Positions 18,800 to 28,905 are shown, counted from the first letter of the stretch. The stretch: DNA of 64,000 bases from a virus (IMGVR_UViG_3300020429_000539:396263-460262), one strand, 5' to 3'. Program-made: numbers and translations. Notes: generated from the sequence alone by a model not told the origin.

Positions 18800-19080
18800 G
18801 CGATTTATCGGCTACAGAGTTACAGGATTTCATTATCGAAACAGCAAATAAATATGCTGCGATTATCATAGTTTACCTCAAAAGGACCGAGCAGAAGCTA
18901 TCTACGAATATGGCGAGAGCAGCCATGGAGCTTGTTGCTGCTTATGAATCACGAGCTTCGAATGAGGACGTATGGAAAGCTTATCACGAACTCATTCAGA
19001 CTGCGAAATCTGAAGGAATCGATTTGGATAAGATAGCCTTGGCAATGATGCACAACTATATAGGGTTACAAAATGGATAA
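18796..19080 (+). CDS. Hypothetical protein
   Basis: 94 aa, ATGA overlap, GGAGG SD. Confidence 0.6.
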   Translation: MSDLSATELQDFIIETANKYAAIIIVYLKRTEQKLSTNMARAAMELVAAYESRASNEDVWKAYHELIQTAKSEGIDLDKIALAMMHNYIGLQNG

Positions 19081-19378
19081 CGTGTTTTACGATGAATCTC
19101 TACATGAAGATTGCATAGAAGTTATGCGTCTCATGATTAAGCTGCATGTTGAGTTCTGTACTCGTAACCCAAATCCTGATATATCGGGTCACATGCTTCG
19201 CGAGGCCGAGCGAATTAGTGACGCGGTTCAGAGTGATGAGTTAGATATTTACGAAGTCATAGAGTTATATGCTACGATAGTTCAAGACTTGGAAGAGCTT
19301 GGCAATGTATCGAGTTTCCTAAAACTTCCGCTGATATTTATGGTTAGAGAGACCAATGACAAGCCTAAAGAAGAATGA
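19073..19378 (+). CDS. Hypothetical protein
   Basis: 101 aa helical ORF in the operon. Confidence 0.55.
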   Translation: MDNVFYDESLHEDCIEVMRLMIKLHVEFCTRNPNPDISGHMLREAERISDAVQSDELDIYEVIELYATIVQDLEELGNVSSFLKLPLIFMVRETNDKPKEE

Positions 19379-20354
19379 TATAGAGCTTTTCCTTGGTTCT
19401 TCCGTTGAGGTTCTGAGGAAAGAATTTGCCAGCGAGAGCGTTCATTCCATCATAACCAGTCCGCCTTATTACGGGCAAAGAGATTACCATAGCGATGACC
19501 AAATAGGCAACGAAAGCACGCTAGAGGGTTATCTTGATAACTTGTGCGATGTTTTTGATGAGTGTCATCGCGTTCTGCGAGACGACGGAACGCTCTGGGT
19601 TAATCTTGGCGACAAAGGGGAGAAGGGCAATGAACTCAATGTCCCCTTTTTGTTTGCGGAAGAGATGAAGAAGCGAGGATGGTATCAGCGAAGGTGGTTC
19701 CCTTGGCTCAAGCGGAATGGAATACCGCGTGGCGGCAATAATCGTCCGCATGACAATCTCGAAGTCATCTTTATGTTTGCGAAGAGGCCCAGAAACTATT
19801 ATTACGATCAGTTGTCTGCTAAAGAAGCAGCAGGATTGACAACTCGTAACTTCCGCAATGGAGATACTGTTCTTCTTGATCCCGACCCTGATTTCTGGGT
19901 CTTTGATGTATTGACTCGCAAGAACGCCTCAGAACACTTCGCTACGTTCCCTCCACAGTTGGCGGAGATAATGATGCGAGCATCTACAAGCGACTACGGT
20001 GTTACGAAGACAGGAGAACAGATTGGTCGTCTTTTTGAGAAGAAAAGATATGCTACTCGGCCTGGCACGAATGCAAAAAAGGATGAGTCAGGTATGGCTT
20101 TTCGTGATTCAGGACGACACATCACAGAAGTCAAACATCTTGGATGGGACACGATAGAAGGCGAAGAGGTAGGAAAACCAATCGTGTTAGACCCGTTCAG
20201 TGGTATGGCAACGGTAGGCGTAGTCTGCATCAATCATGGCAGAGCATATCGTGGGATAGAAGTCAATGCAGACTACTTAGAAGAAAGCCGGCGGAGACTT
20301 GAAGAGGAACTTAAAAATGCCACCAAGCACGAGCCGGATTTGTTTGCCAGTTGA
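19356..20354 (+). CDS. Orphan DNA amino-methyltransferase (beta class, with insertion)
   Basis: ITSPPYYGQRDY, LWVNLGD, HFATFP, VLDPFSGMATVG; ends HEPDLFAS. Confidence 0.92.
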   Translation: MTSLKKNDIELFLGSSVEVLRKEFASESVHSIITSPPYYGQRDYHSDDQIGNESTLEGYLDNLCDVFDECHRVLRDDGTLWVNLGDKGEKGNELNVPFLFAEEMKKRGWYQRRWFPWLKRNGIPRGGNNRPHDNLEVIFMFAKRPRNYYYDQLSAKEAAGLTTRNFRNGDTVLLDPDPDFWVFDVLTRKNASEHFATFPPQLAEIMMRASTSDYGVTKTGEQIGRLFEKKRYATRPGTNAKKDESGMAFRDSGRHITEVKHLGWDTIEGEEVGKPIVLDPFSGMATVGVVCINHGRAYRGIEVNADYLEESRRRLEEELKNATKHEPDLFAS

Positions 20355-21093
20355 TGAACTGCTTGATAAACACAAGGGGCAGATGGCCTTTATTCTTGGC
20401 GCGGGCCCCTCACTTCGTATGCATGATATGTCTGCGCTAGATGATTACGTTACATTTACTGTTAATAGTTCGATCGTCAAAAAGCCAGATTGCGATTACT
20501 TTGTCACGGATGATTCTGCGTCTGCAAACTGGTCTTGGTTTCGCAATACAGCCGTAGAGAGTAAATGCACGAAGTTTTTGCATCGAGCGAAGCTCGCTGA
20601 GAGAACCTATTTCTTTCGCGAAGATGAAGTTATTCTTTATGACCATGTATCGCAGCATAGTCCTGATTTCGATCCTAAATCTGAAGAAGGCTACGAACTA
20701 ACTAAAGATGGCTATGTCGTTGCATCTAGAACTTCTGTTGGCAGCGCTCTGCATATTGCGTGGCTGATGGGATGCGACCCGATTGTTCTATTAGGTTGCG
20801 ATGCTTGTTACACAGACAATAAGAGATACTTCTGGCAGTTCGATGGTGAGCCTCGCCCTTGCAGGACCGACTCTCGTGTGGTAAGGTATCAGCCCAATCG
20901 ACCTAGCGTGGACAATCAGAAAGTGGATTTGCATTGTTTGGAGTTTTGTAAATACTGGGACCGAATAGCTGCTGCTAACCCAGAGACGCAGAAACGAGTT
21001 CTATACGTCTCAGACCATGGTATCGTCAAATCTTTTCCCAAGACGACGATGCAGCAGGTTTTGAGAGATTTTGGCGATAGGACTATAACATGA
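20317..21093 (+). CDS. Maf/DUF115 (MptE-like) putative ulosonic-acid transferase 1
   Basis: KHKG..AFILGAGPSL, FTVNSS, DYFVTDD, ALHIAWLMGCDPIVLLGCD. Confidence 0.75.
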   Translation: MPPSTSRICLPVDELLDKHKGQMAFILGAGPSLRMHDMSALDDYVTFTVNSSIVKKPDCDYFVTDDSASANWSWFRNTAVESKCTKFLHRAKLAERTYFFREDEVILYDHVSQHSPDFDPKSEEGYELTKDGYVVASRTSVGSALHIAWLMGCDPIVLLGCDACYTDNKRYFWQFDGEPRPCRTDSRVVRYQPNRPSVDNQKVDLHCLEFCKYWDRIAAANPETQKRVLYVSDHGIVKSFPKTTMQQVLRDFGDRTIT

Positions 21094-21800
21094 CAACAAC
21101 ACTGCCTTCATATACTAACTTTATAGATTCTCACTGTGGAGAGACTGCTTTCATTGTTGGCGCGGGCACGAGTCTCAAGGATGTTGACCTTAGTTTCATC
21201 CATGATCATGTAGTCTTTTCCGTCAACTCATCTATTTTGTTGATGCCATGGCAAAGAGGCGACAGCCGCAAGAGATACTGGGTTTCGAACGATTCAGGCG
21301 TGATGGCTTGGGATTATTGGAAGCTTGTTCTGAACTCCAAGTCGAACAAGGTAGTTCGTGATAGCTGGTCATCTTTATATGACAAATTTGATACAACAGA
21401 TTTTTATGAGTTTAAGCCAAGGCCAACTTCGGAAGATGTAGTTCGGCCAAACGATACTGGTTTGGCTTACTGCTCAAGTGTCCCGTCTTCTCTTGATTTG
21501 GCGATACAGGCTGGATGTAGCAGGGTCTATCTTCTTGGTGTTGACCAGTATGCACAGAACGGCAAGAGCCACTATTGGCAGTATTGGCCGCGAGAACGTC
21601 AGCCTAAGCGCGGGCTATCTTCCCAGCCAAACAGTATGGACAATCAGCGATACGCCTTTGGTTACAACAATAAAGCGTATCCTGCATTGCTTGATTTTGC
21701 AATGTACAAGAACTGTCTCGTATATAACTGCAACCCGCTTAGCCGTGTAGACTGTTTTGAGAAGATCAGTATTGAAGATGTAAGAGATGAGTTTTCATGA
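21090..21800 (+). CDS. Maf/DUF115-like putative transferase 2
   Basis: AFIVGAGTSL, FSVNSS, LDLAIQAGCSRVYLLGVD, YNCNPLS. Confidence 0.75.
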   Translation: MTTTLPSYTNFIDSHCGETAFIVGAGTSLKDVDLSFIHDHVVFSVNSSILLMPWQRGDSRKRYWVSNDSGVMAWDYWKLVLNSKSNKVVRDSWSSLYDKFDTTDFYEFKPRPTSEDVVRPNDTGLAYCSSVPSSLDLAIQAGCSRVYLLGVDQYAQNGKSHYWQYWPRERQPKRGLSSQPNSMDNQRYAFGYNNKAYPALLDFAMYKNCLVYNCNPLSRVDCFEKISIEDVRDEFS

Positions 21801-22504
21801 TGAAAATGGAAGACTATCACAATAAACATATAGGCAAGATAGCTTGCATATTGGGGGCAGGCCCATCGCTTAGGCATTTCGATATCGAGATGTTTGATGA
21901 CCGTTTTGTGATGTTCTGTGTAAACTCATCTATTGCAAAGTTGCCAGAGACAGATTATTATGTTAGCGACGATAACGGAATAATGTTCTGGAACTATTAT
22001 CGAGAATATATCGTGCCCTCAAAATGCATGAAGTTTTTGTATGGCAAGAAGCTTGAACGGTTTGCAAAACATATTCCCGAAGACAAGAAAGTCTATTACG
22101 ACCATATGAGTTGGTGTTCCAAGAGCAAGAGCAATATCAATCTCACAGACAATCCTAATGCCCCTCTCATCGGAGCAAGAACTTCGTTAGCTACTTCGTT
22201 ACATATTGCTTACATCATGGGTATTCGTAAGTTTATACTATTTGGATGTGATTGCCAAAAAGAGGAAGATAAGCGTTATTTTTGGGAGTTTCCAGGAGAG
22301 GCTCACGTATACCCTATCATACCAGAAATCACTGAGGCTAAATATCTACAGGAAGCTCAAAGTCATTTTGATGACTTCAAGACTTATTGGAAAGCATTCG
22401 AAGAATGTAATAGAGACAAGGTAGAAATTATCAACTGCTCTGATGGTGTTCTTGATACGTTTCCAAGGATGTCAGTAGAAGAGGCTATAGATAAGCTGGG
22501 GTAA
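21797..22504 (+). CDS. Maf/DUF115-like putative transferase 3
   Basis: ACILGAGPSL, FCVNSS, SLHIAYIMGIRKFILFGCD, IINCS. Confidence 0.75.
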   Translation: MMKMEDYHNKHIGKIACILGAGPSLRHFDIEMFDDRFVMFCVNSSIAKLPETDYYVSDDNGIMFWNYYREYIVPSKCMKFLYGKKLERFAKHIPEDKKVYYDHMSWCSKSKSNINLTDNPNAPLIGARTSLATSLHIAYIMGIRKFILFGCDCQKEEDKRYFWEFPGEAHVYPIIPEITEAKYLQEAQSHFDDFKTYWKAFEECNRDKVEIINCSDGVLDTFPRMSVEEAIDKLG

Positions 22505-22507
22505 GAT

Positions 22508-23269
22508 ATGTTGAACGGTAAGCGGGTTATTGGAATCATACCAGCCCGAGCAGGTTCGAAAGGAGTCAAAGGCAAGAATTTCCGCTCTATTTATGGCAGA
22601 CCGCTTATCGATTGGTCTATTAATGCGTCAGTATATAGCAGCATCATAGATACTACAGTAGTAAGCACAAACTGCCCCCATGTCGAATCTTGTTGCAAAA
22701 CAAATGTAGCATTTAGTAGATGGCATTATTGGGGGGATAGTCCAAATGGTAAAGCTAACTTGAAGTTCCATCTTTACTGTGTGCCTCGTCCTGAAGAGCT
22801 TTGCACTGATGAAGCCCCGACTGAGCCTGCGATGATTCATGCTATTGACTACATGAAAGAAGAGCATGGTGTTGAGTATGGATATGCAGTTTTGTTGCAA
22901 CCCACTTCTCCTGCTCGTCCTTCTGGTCTTATTGATAGATGTCTAAAAAAGATGGAAGAGGGTTTCGATAGCGTGATGACCGTTTCTTCTCATACTCCCT
23001 TTTTCTGGCGCGTGCGCGCCGGACAAGCGATTCCTGATTATGACCCGAACAATCGACCTCGTAGGCAGGACATACCCGATGAAGATATAATGTATCATGA
23101 TAATGGGAACCTTTATGCCGTTTCTGTCGATAACCTGAGAAGGAAGGGCCGAATTGGAGATAACCCTTGCCTTTACGAAACGACTCATTTCGAATCGTTG
23201 CAGATAGATATAGAGGATGATTTTGTCATGCTTGAATCTCTCGCTCAGCATTATGGAGGTTTCCTGTGA
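22508..23269 (+). CDS. neuA: CMP-nonulosonate synthetase (acylneuraminate cytidylyltransferase)
   Basis: IIPARAGSKG..GKN, LLQPTSP.R, RRQD, NG.LY, QIDIEDDF. Confidence 0.93.
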   Translation: MLNGKRVIGIIPARAGSKGVKGKNFRSIYGRPLIDWSINASVYSSIIDTTVVSTNCPHVESCCKTNVAFSRWHYWGDSPNGKANLKFHLYCVPRPEELCTDEAPTEPAMIHAIDYMKEEHGVEYGYAVLLQPTSPARPSGLIDRCLKKMEEGFDSVMTVSSHTPFFWRVRAGQAIPDYDPNNRPRRQDIPDEDIMYHDNGNLYAVSVDNLRRKGRIGDNPCLYETTHFESLQIDIEDDFVMLESLAQHYGGFL

Positions 23270-24135
23270 AAAACTATACTAAGCCCAAAGTTATAGCTGA
23301 AATCGGCTGTTGTCATTTAGGTAAGTTCGATAGAGCTAAAGAGCTTATCAGTCTTGCTAAGCTTTGCGGCGCTGATTATGTTAAGCTTCAAAAGCGGAAT
23401 CCGGATGAATCCGTTCCAGAGAGCATCAAGCATAAGCCTCACCCTAATCAGATGTTTGCTTACGGCGACACGTATCTTGAGCATAGACAGAATCTTGAGC
23501 TTCCCATTGAAGACCATGTAAAACTCAAGGCTTATTGCGAGGAGATAGGCATTGGTTATTCGACATCAGTGTGGGACATGACATCCGCCCGCGAGGTTGT
23601 CGCTATGAATCCTGACTTCATTAAAGTTCCAAGCGCCTGCAATCAAGACTGGGAGATGATGAACTACTTGAGAGATTCTTATAGGGGCGATCTACATCTT
23701 TCTACTGGCATGACTACGGCAGAAGAGATGTCCGAGCTTTGTGCTTGGATAGCCCATAAAAATGTCAAGGAACGAGTTGTTCTTTACCATTGCACGAGCA
23801 AATACCCATGCCCATTTGAAGACCTGCATTTATTAGAGATAGAGTCTTTATCTGTTCGTTATCGTGGCAGTCCTATTCGTATTGGCTTTAGTAATCACGG
23901 TAAAGGTATTGCCGCAGATGTTGCCGCATATACGCTTGGAGCAGAATGGATTGAGAGGCACTTTATCGACGACCGTATGGTTCGACACACGGATGCCTCA
24001 GCAAGTCTTGAGCCACAGGGCTTGTCAAAGCTAGTGCGAGATTTGAACGCAGTTTATAGGGCTCTAGACCATCGACCGGCACAGATGGATGCCGATGAGC
24101 AGGCGCAAAGAGACAAACTAAAAGTTATCAAATAA
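23266..24135 (+). CDS. neuB: Nonulosonate (KDN/Neu5Ac-9-P-type) synthase, no SAF domain
   Basis: VIAEIG..H.G, GAD.VKLQKR, IKVPSA, STGM, HCTSKYP, GFSNH, WIERHF. Confidence 0.93.
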   Translation: MKNYTKPKVIAEIGCCHLGKFDRAKELISLAKLCGADYVKLQKRNPDESVPESIKHKPHPNQMFAYGDTYLEHRQNLELPIEDHVKLKAYCEEIGIGYSTSVWDMTSAREVVAMNPDFIKVPSACNQDWEMMNYLRDSYRGDLHLSTGMTTAEEMSELCAWIAHKNVKERVVLYHCTSKYPCPFEDLHLLEIESLSVRYRGSPIRIGFSNHGKGIAADVAAYTLGAEWIERHFIDDRMVRHTDASASLEPQGLSKLVRDLNAVYRALDHRPAQMDADEQAQRDKLKVIK

Positions 24136-24147
24136 CAGAGGTAGCGA

Positions 24148-24627
24148 ATGAATATTAGGATGATAGTTACAGACGTAGATGGCACGTTGACTGATGGCCG
24201 TTATTTTGTAAGCGAGTCGGGTAACGTTATAAAAGCTTTTCATACCAGAGATTTTTGGGCGCTACGAAGGGCCAGGGAAGAAGGCATCGAAACATTTATG
24301 TTGACTTCGGCAACGGATAGATGTGCTGATGAGAAATCGCAAACAACAGGCATTCCTCTTGTTAGCGCATCTACAAGTAAGGCAGCCGACCTTAAGATGA
24401 TTGCTGAAGAAAAAGGCATACCACTTGAGCAGGTAGCTTATATAGGCGATGCAGAGAACGACATTGCGGCTATGGAACTCTGCGGTTTTACCGCATGTCC
24501 CGCTGATGCAGTCCAAGAGGTAAAACAGGTCTCCAATATTGTTACGGATGCAAAAGGAGGCAATGCTGTTGTATATGAAGTTGTGCGATACATCTTCGAT
24601 AAGCAGGAGCTTAGTTGGACAGAATGA
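24148..24627 (+). CDS. KdsC/KDN-9-phosphate phosphatase-like HAD
   Basis: TDVDGTLTDG, F..RD, YIGD..ND, ACPADA, GG.AV.E. Confidence 0.9.
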   Translation: MNIRMIVTDVDGTLTDGRYFVSESGNVIKAFHTRDFWALRRAREEGIETFMLTSATDRCADEKSQTTGIPLVSASTSKAADLKMIAEEKGIPLEQVAYIGDAENDIAAMELCGFTACPADAVQEVKQVSNIVTDAKGGNAVVYEVVRYIFDKQELSWTE

Positions 24628-25679
24628 CAATACAGATTATCCATCTACTACCTAATCGTTTTCCATATGGCGCATATGCCATGTTGGACGAGCTTTACTA
24701 TGCTTTGAATAAATACTATGGCGATGAGATAGAACAGAAGGTTATGTATCTCTATGGTCGTAGTGACCCAACGCCTGAGCATTTTAAGATACCTGCTGAG
24801 CATACGGATATTAAGTTCTTACGCAGAACAATCGTCAAAGAACATACCAATCCGGTCGTTTTCTATCATAAGTTGTCTGCTACAGATTGTAAAGATGTTT
24901 CAAAGACGCTGCACAAGAAGGCCCCCTTTGCAATCATCAATCATACAGCATCAAATACATTCAAGGGCATTGCTCCATGCGATACTCTTGTGTGCGTATC
25001 GAAGCAGATGTATAAGGCCGCTCGTAAGCGGCTTCCTTCTTACAAGCTGGCAAAGATTCGGAATGGTGTTAATGCTTGTCGCTATGAAGATATACAGCCG
25101 TATAAGCCAGGTCAGGTTAGGGATTATTTTGCAACTGGCAGATTGAACAACTTCAATAACTGTAAGCATCCTAGAGACTGGATTACCTATGTCAAAACGG
25201 TCAACCTAGCTAAACCGTTGTGGCATGACTACATCGGTAACGGCGCTCATTTTAAGCATGCGCAGAACTATGCATCAAAGCGGTTTAGGCGACCGACACA
25301 GAACGTTGTGAATCTTCCAGGTAGAATCGATGATTTTGAGCGTAAGATTAGCTACATCAAGCGCTGGGATGCCTTCTTGTATGAGATACCAGGAACCGAA
25401 GGTACGAGCATGGCTCTGCTCGAAGCTCTAGCTTGTGGAGTGCCGGCAATCATCAACAATAGGTATGGCAACAAGGAAATCATTACTTCTGGCGTCAATG
25501 GCTTTGTCTATGATGACCGTCGAGAAGCTATGCGAATTATGAATGATTTGATTCGTCGTCCTGACAGGCTTGACGATCTAAAGCGCAGCACGAAGCGAAA
25601 CTTCTTGGAAAATTTGGATGCAAAACACATGGCTGCAAATTACTATGAGTTAGCGAAGGGACTAGCTAAGGGTGGCTGA
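24624..25679 (+). CDS. GT-B (GT4-like) glycosyltransferase
   Basis: IRNGV, EGTSMALLEALACGVP, G..EII..GVNG. Confidence 0.88.
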   Translation: MTIQIIHLLPNRFPYGAYAMLDELYYALNKYYGDEIEQKVMYLYGRSDPTPEHFKIPAEHTDIKFLRRTIVKEHTNPVVFYHKLSATDCKDVSKTLHKKAPFAIINHTASNTFKGIAPCDTLVCVSKQMYKAARKRLPSYKLAKIRNGVNACRYEDIQPYKPGQVRDYFATGRLNNFNNCKHPRDWITYVKTVNLAKPLWHDYIGNGAHFKHAQNYASKRFRRPTQNVVNLPGRIDDFERKISYIKRWDAFLYEIPGTEGTSMALLEALACGVPAIINNRYGNKEIITSGVNGFVYDDRREAMRIMNDLIRRPDRLDDLKRSTKRNFLENLDAKHMAANYYELAKGLAKGG

Positions 25680-26463
25680 AAAGTTTTCCATATTGACGAC
25701 ATCATATAACCACACTCCATGGCTTAGGGAGTGGGCCGACGCTTTGCTATGTCAGTCATACTCTGATATTGAGGTTGTCTTTGTGGATGATGCATCAAAG
25801 CTTGATGATTACAAGACTGCCCACTCTTTCGAACCAGAATTCAAGGCCAAAGGTATCGACCTCAAGATCAAGCGGCTTAATAAGAACGTAGGATGCGCAA
25901 CGGCCTACCTGCATGCTTTAAGAATGGCAACCGGAGACTATTTTGGCGTAGTTGACGCGGATGATGTTCTTCTTCCTCATGCGGTAGATGATATCATGCG
26001 TCTTTATGTCATGCACCCCCATATTGGTTGGATTTACACGCAGTTTAGTTGGTGTAACAGAAATCTAAGTAAATGTAGAACAGGATTTTGTCAAGCTCCC
26101 CCAAAGGGTAAGAATATGCTTACGGCTGAGTTGGGTATTGTGCGTCATTGTTACTCGCATTGGAGGACGTTTTCTAGGCGAGTTCCTGATTTAGAATCAA
26201 TCTTGTGTAAAGGAAGAAAGGTTTCTGTTGACAAATATATGGGTTATCGACTCGAAGAACTCTCTAGGGGCATGTTCTATGACAAAATTTGTTACCAGTA
26301 TCGAGGAGACCTCAAGCAGGGCGTAACCAAGCAATATAACTCGCTGCAAGCTTGGAAAGATGTTCGAGCCGACGCCATGGGCCGACGACGAAGGCTGAAG
26401 ATACGAAAGGTTTACCCTATTCAGAGGCATAAGCCGTTGCCATCGCAGAAAGGTTTGAAATGA
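25672..26463 (+). CDS. GT2 glycosyltransferase
   Basis: SILTTSYN, FVDDAS, ATGDYFGVVDADD. Confidence 0.88.
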   Translation: MAEKFSILTTSYNHTPWLREWADALLCQSYSDIEVVFVDDASKLDDYKTAHSFEPEFKAKGIDLKIKRLNKNVGCATAYLHALRMATGDYFGVVDADDVLLPHAVDDIMRLYVMHPHIGWIYTQFSWCNRNLSKCRTGFCQAPPKGKNMLTAELGIVRHCYSHWRTFSRRVPDLESILCKGRKVSVDKYMGYRLEELSRGMFYDKICYQYRGDLKQGVTKQYNSLQAWKDVRADAMGRRRRLKIRKVYPIQRHKPLPSQKGLK

Positions 26464-27140
26464 AACACGTATCGCTACCAGATTTTCTTGATATCATTGA
26501 ATATGATTTTGATACCGAGACTTTGAAAGACTACAAAGCTATTGGCGATAAGACTGCTATTCGAGAAATGAAGGGCAAGAAATATCGGCGCAACTATGAG
26601 CGAGGTATTTTAATGTCAGCGCTTGCGGTCAAGTTTGAGCGAAAGCGTCTATTGGAAATAGGAACCGGACGCGGCTATGTAGCAGCTTGTGTAGAGCAAA
26701 TGTCCGACGTTGATCATATTGCCACAGTTGACCGCTCTTCGTCAGAAGATGCTCGAAAGCTTATCAAGCAATGCGGTATTGATACTTCAAATATTGAGTT
26801 TATCAAGGGCAATGCTAATAAGATGAAACCTTCAGATTTCGCAGGTCGTTTTGATTTCTTCTTTATTGATGGCCAGCATGATGGACCTTCGGTCCAAGCA
26901 AACTACGCTCTATGTCAAGCCCTCGCTGAACCCAAGTCGATTGTTGTGTTTGATGATTACCGAAATAAGTTTTCATCTATCAAGAAAGTGATAGACAAAA
27001 TGAGGCTTAGAAACGCCTATCTTGTTCATACGGATGGTTGGTACATCGAAAATGTTTGCATCAAACAGGCTAAAGATGCCGATTATGTTAAGAATGGCCG
27101 AGAACACGGTTCGGGCATGGTTGTGTGTTTTGAGGACTGA
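26460..27140 (+). CDS. Class I SAM methyltransferase (Methyltransf_24-like)
   Basis: LLEIGTGRG, FDFFFIDGQH, VVFDDY. Confidence 0.85.
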   Translation: MKHVSLPDFLDIIEYDFDTETLKDYKAIGDKTAIREMKGKKYRRNYERGILMSALAVKFERKRLLEIGTGRGYVAACVEQMSDVDHIATVDRSSSEDARKLIKQCGIDTSNIEFIKGNANKMKPSDFAGRFDFFFIDGQHDGPSVQANYALCQALAEPKSIVVFDDYRNKFSSIKKVIDKMRLRNAYLVHTDGWYIENVCIKQAKDADYVKNGREHGSGMVVCFED

Positions 27141-27142
27141 GC

Positions 27143-27889
27143 TTGAAAGTTTCTGTACTAACAACTTGCGCCAATTACGATACTCTTATTGGACAGGCTA
27201 TCCATAGTGTTGCGCAACAGAACTATGATGGCGAAATTGAGATGATTGTCGTAGATGATTGCAGCCAGGACCGCTCGTGGAAGAAGCTACTAAAATATGA
27301 GAAGAAAAACGATTTTCTAACTATTCATAGAAATCCGAAGCGACTATATTGCTCATCGGCATACGGAGAAGCCCTAAAAAGGGCAACAGGCGATATTTGC
27401 TGTATATTAGATGGTGATGATGCCTTGTTGCCTCATTCTATTTCCGAGCTTGTGCGTATATATCAAGAGAATCCTGATGTTCTTTTTATCTATACCCAGC
27501 ATTATTCTTGCGATCCGGAACTTGGCCGTAGAAAGCGAGGAATAAGCAGGATGCCCCATATCAATGAGAGTTTACTTGATTCTTTTCTGAAGGGGAGGGC
27601 TCATTGCTATTCTCATTGGCGAACCTTTAGGACTATTGCCAGAGACAAAGGAGAGCTATTCAAGCCTGGTCTAAAATATGGCGTAGACAAATATCTCGGC
27701 TTCAAACTAGAAGAAATTGGAAAGGGTGGATTCTATGATGTACCGCTTTATCTTTATCGCAAGCATAAGCAAAATATGACGCATACCTCTGGAGGAAGGC
27801 AAAGACCTACGATTATCAGGCAAGCCAAAGCTATCCATGCCAATAGGAAAGCAAATAATATACTGCCAAAAGGAATCAAACAACTATGA
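27143..27889 (+). CDS. GT2 glycosyltransferase (paralog of 25672)
   Basis: IVVDDCSQD, ATGD..CILDGDD; shares HCYSHWRTF and VDKY.G..LEE with 25672. Confidence 0.88.
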   Translation: MKVSVLTTCANYDTLIGQAIHSVAQQNYDGEIEMIVVDDCSQDRSWKKLLKYEKKNDFLTIHRNPKRLYCSSAYGEALKRATGDICCILDGDDALLPHSISELVRIYQENPDVLFIYTQHYSCDPELGRRKRGISRMPHINESLLDSFLKGRAHCYSHWRTFRTIARDKGELFKPGLKYGVDKYLGFKLEEIGKGGFYDVPLYLYRKHKQNMTHTSGGRQRPTIIRQAKAIHANRKANNILPKGIKQL

Positions 27890-28905
27890 GCGTTTCGCTA
27901 CAAAAAAGTCATCCTATACAGGGGCTTGTAGGTCTAAAGCCTAATGGACAGGTTGTAGATATTTACAACATTTACTGCATTCGCAAGAATGCAACAGGTA
28001 TTCGTTATCAGCCTAATTACAATCTACTTCCTAGGACTCGTCGCCAACCAATTAAATACTTCACAATGTATTCAACACCCAAGATGTATAAGTGTGATTT
28101 TGCAAAGCAGAACTCAGATTTCTGGTGCCATCCATTCCGTAGCGATGTCAAAAGCAAATATCTTCCAAAAAAGATGCGTCAGTTTTTGATGTCTGAGTCG
28201 GATTTTATCGACGAAACTATTATTCCTGTTAACAAACGCAACATCAAACGACCTAAGAAATACGATTTCTTCTACATGACGCTCAACAACAAAAAAGGTT
28301 TCACTTACAAAGGCCTCAATGAGTTTGTGGATGCTGTCAAGGTTCTTTGTCTTGAGCAAGGATTACGTGGTCAAGTTCTGCCATATTTTCCAAATAAGAT
28401 TGAGCATTGGCAGGTTGATTTTACGCAAGAACAGCGGCAGATTCTTAAAGAAGCAGACCCTTTCTTGAAGTACCATTGGGGTTGGAAGACTTCTGCTTTC
28501 TTGAACCGCATGATGAGCGGATGCCATTTCGGTTTCTTCCCGAACGTCATGGACTGTAGTCCTCGCATCATAACCGAATGTTTGTCTCGCGATGTTCCTA
28601 TTCTTGTAAACAAGAACATTTGGGGTGGGTGGAAATATGTAGAAGAAACAACAGGCCGAGAGTTTGACCCTCAAGACCCCCAAACTTTGAGGGAGGCTTC
28701 AGATTTCATTGTCAATAATCAGCGAACATTCTCGCCGAAGGCGACATATATGTCTCGTTACGGGTTCGAAAAGTCATCTCGTCGCTTGGCAAAATACATC
28801 AATCGCGATATCAAGAACACAGGATGCACGCATATCTATTTTAGTGGATATCGTGTTATCCTGGAACGTTTGCATCAGTCAATCCTGCGAGGCGAGCATC
28901 TGTGA
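27886..28905 (+). CDS. Putative GT-B glycosyltransferase
   Basis: MSESDF, KKYDFFY, DCSPRIITECLSRDVPILVN..IWGGWKYV (E-x7-E-like GT-B motif). Confidence 0.7.
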   Translation: MSVSLQKSHPIQGLVGLKPNGQVVDIYNIYCIRKNATGIRYQPNYNLLPRTRRQPIKYFTMYSTPKMYKCDFAKQNSDFWCHPFRSDVKSKYLPKKMRQFLMSESDFIDETIIPVNKRNIKRPKKYDFFYMTLNNKKGFTYKGLNEFVDAVKVLCLEQGLRGQVLPYFPNKIEHWQVDFTQEQRQILKEADPFLKYHWGWKTSAFLNRMMSGCHFGFFPNVMDCSPRIITECLSRDVPILVNKNIWGGWKYVEETTGREFDPQDPQTLREASDFIVNNQRTFSPKATYMSRYGFEKSSRRLAKYINRDIKNTGCTHIYFSGYRVILERLHQSILRGEHL

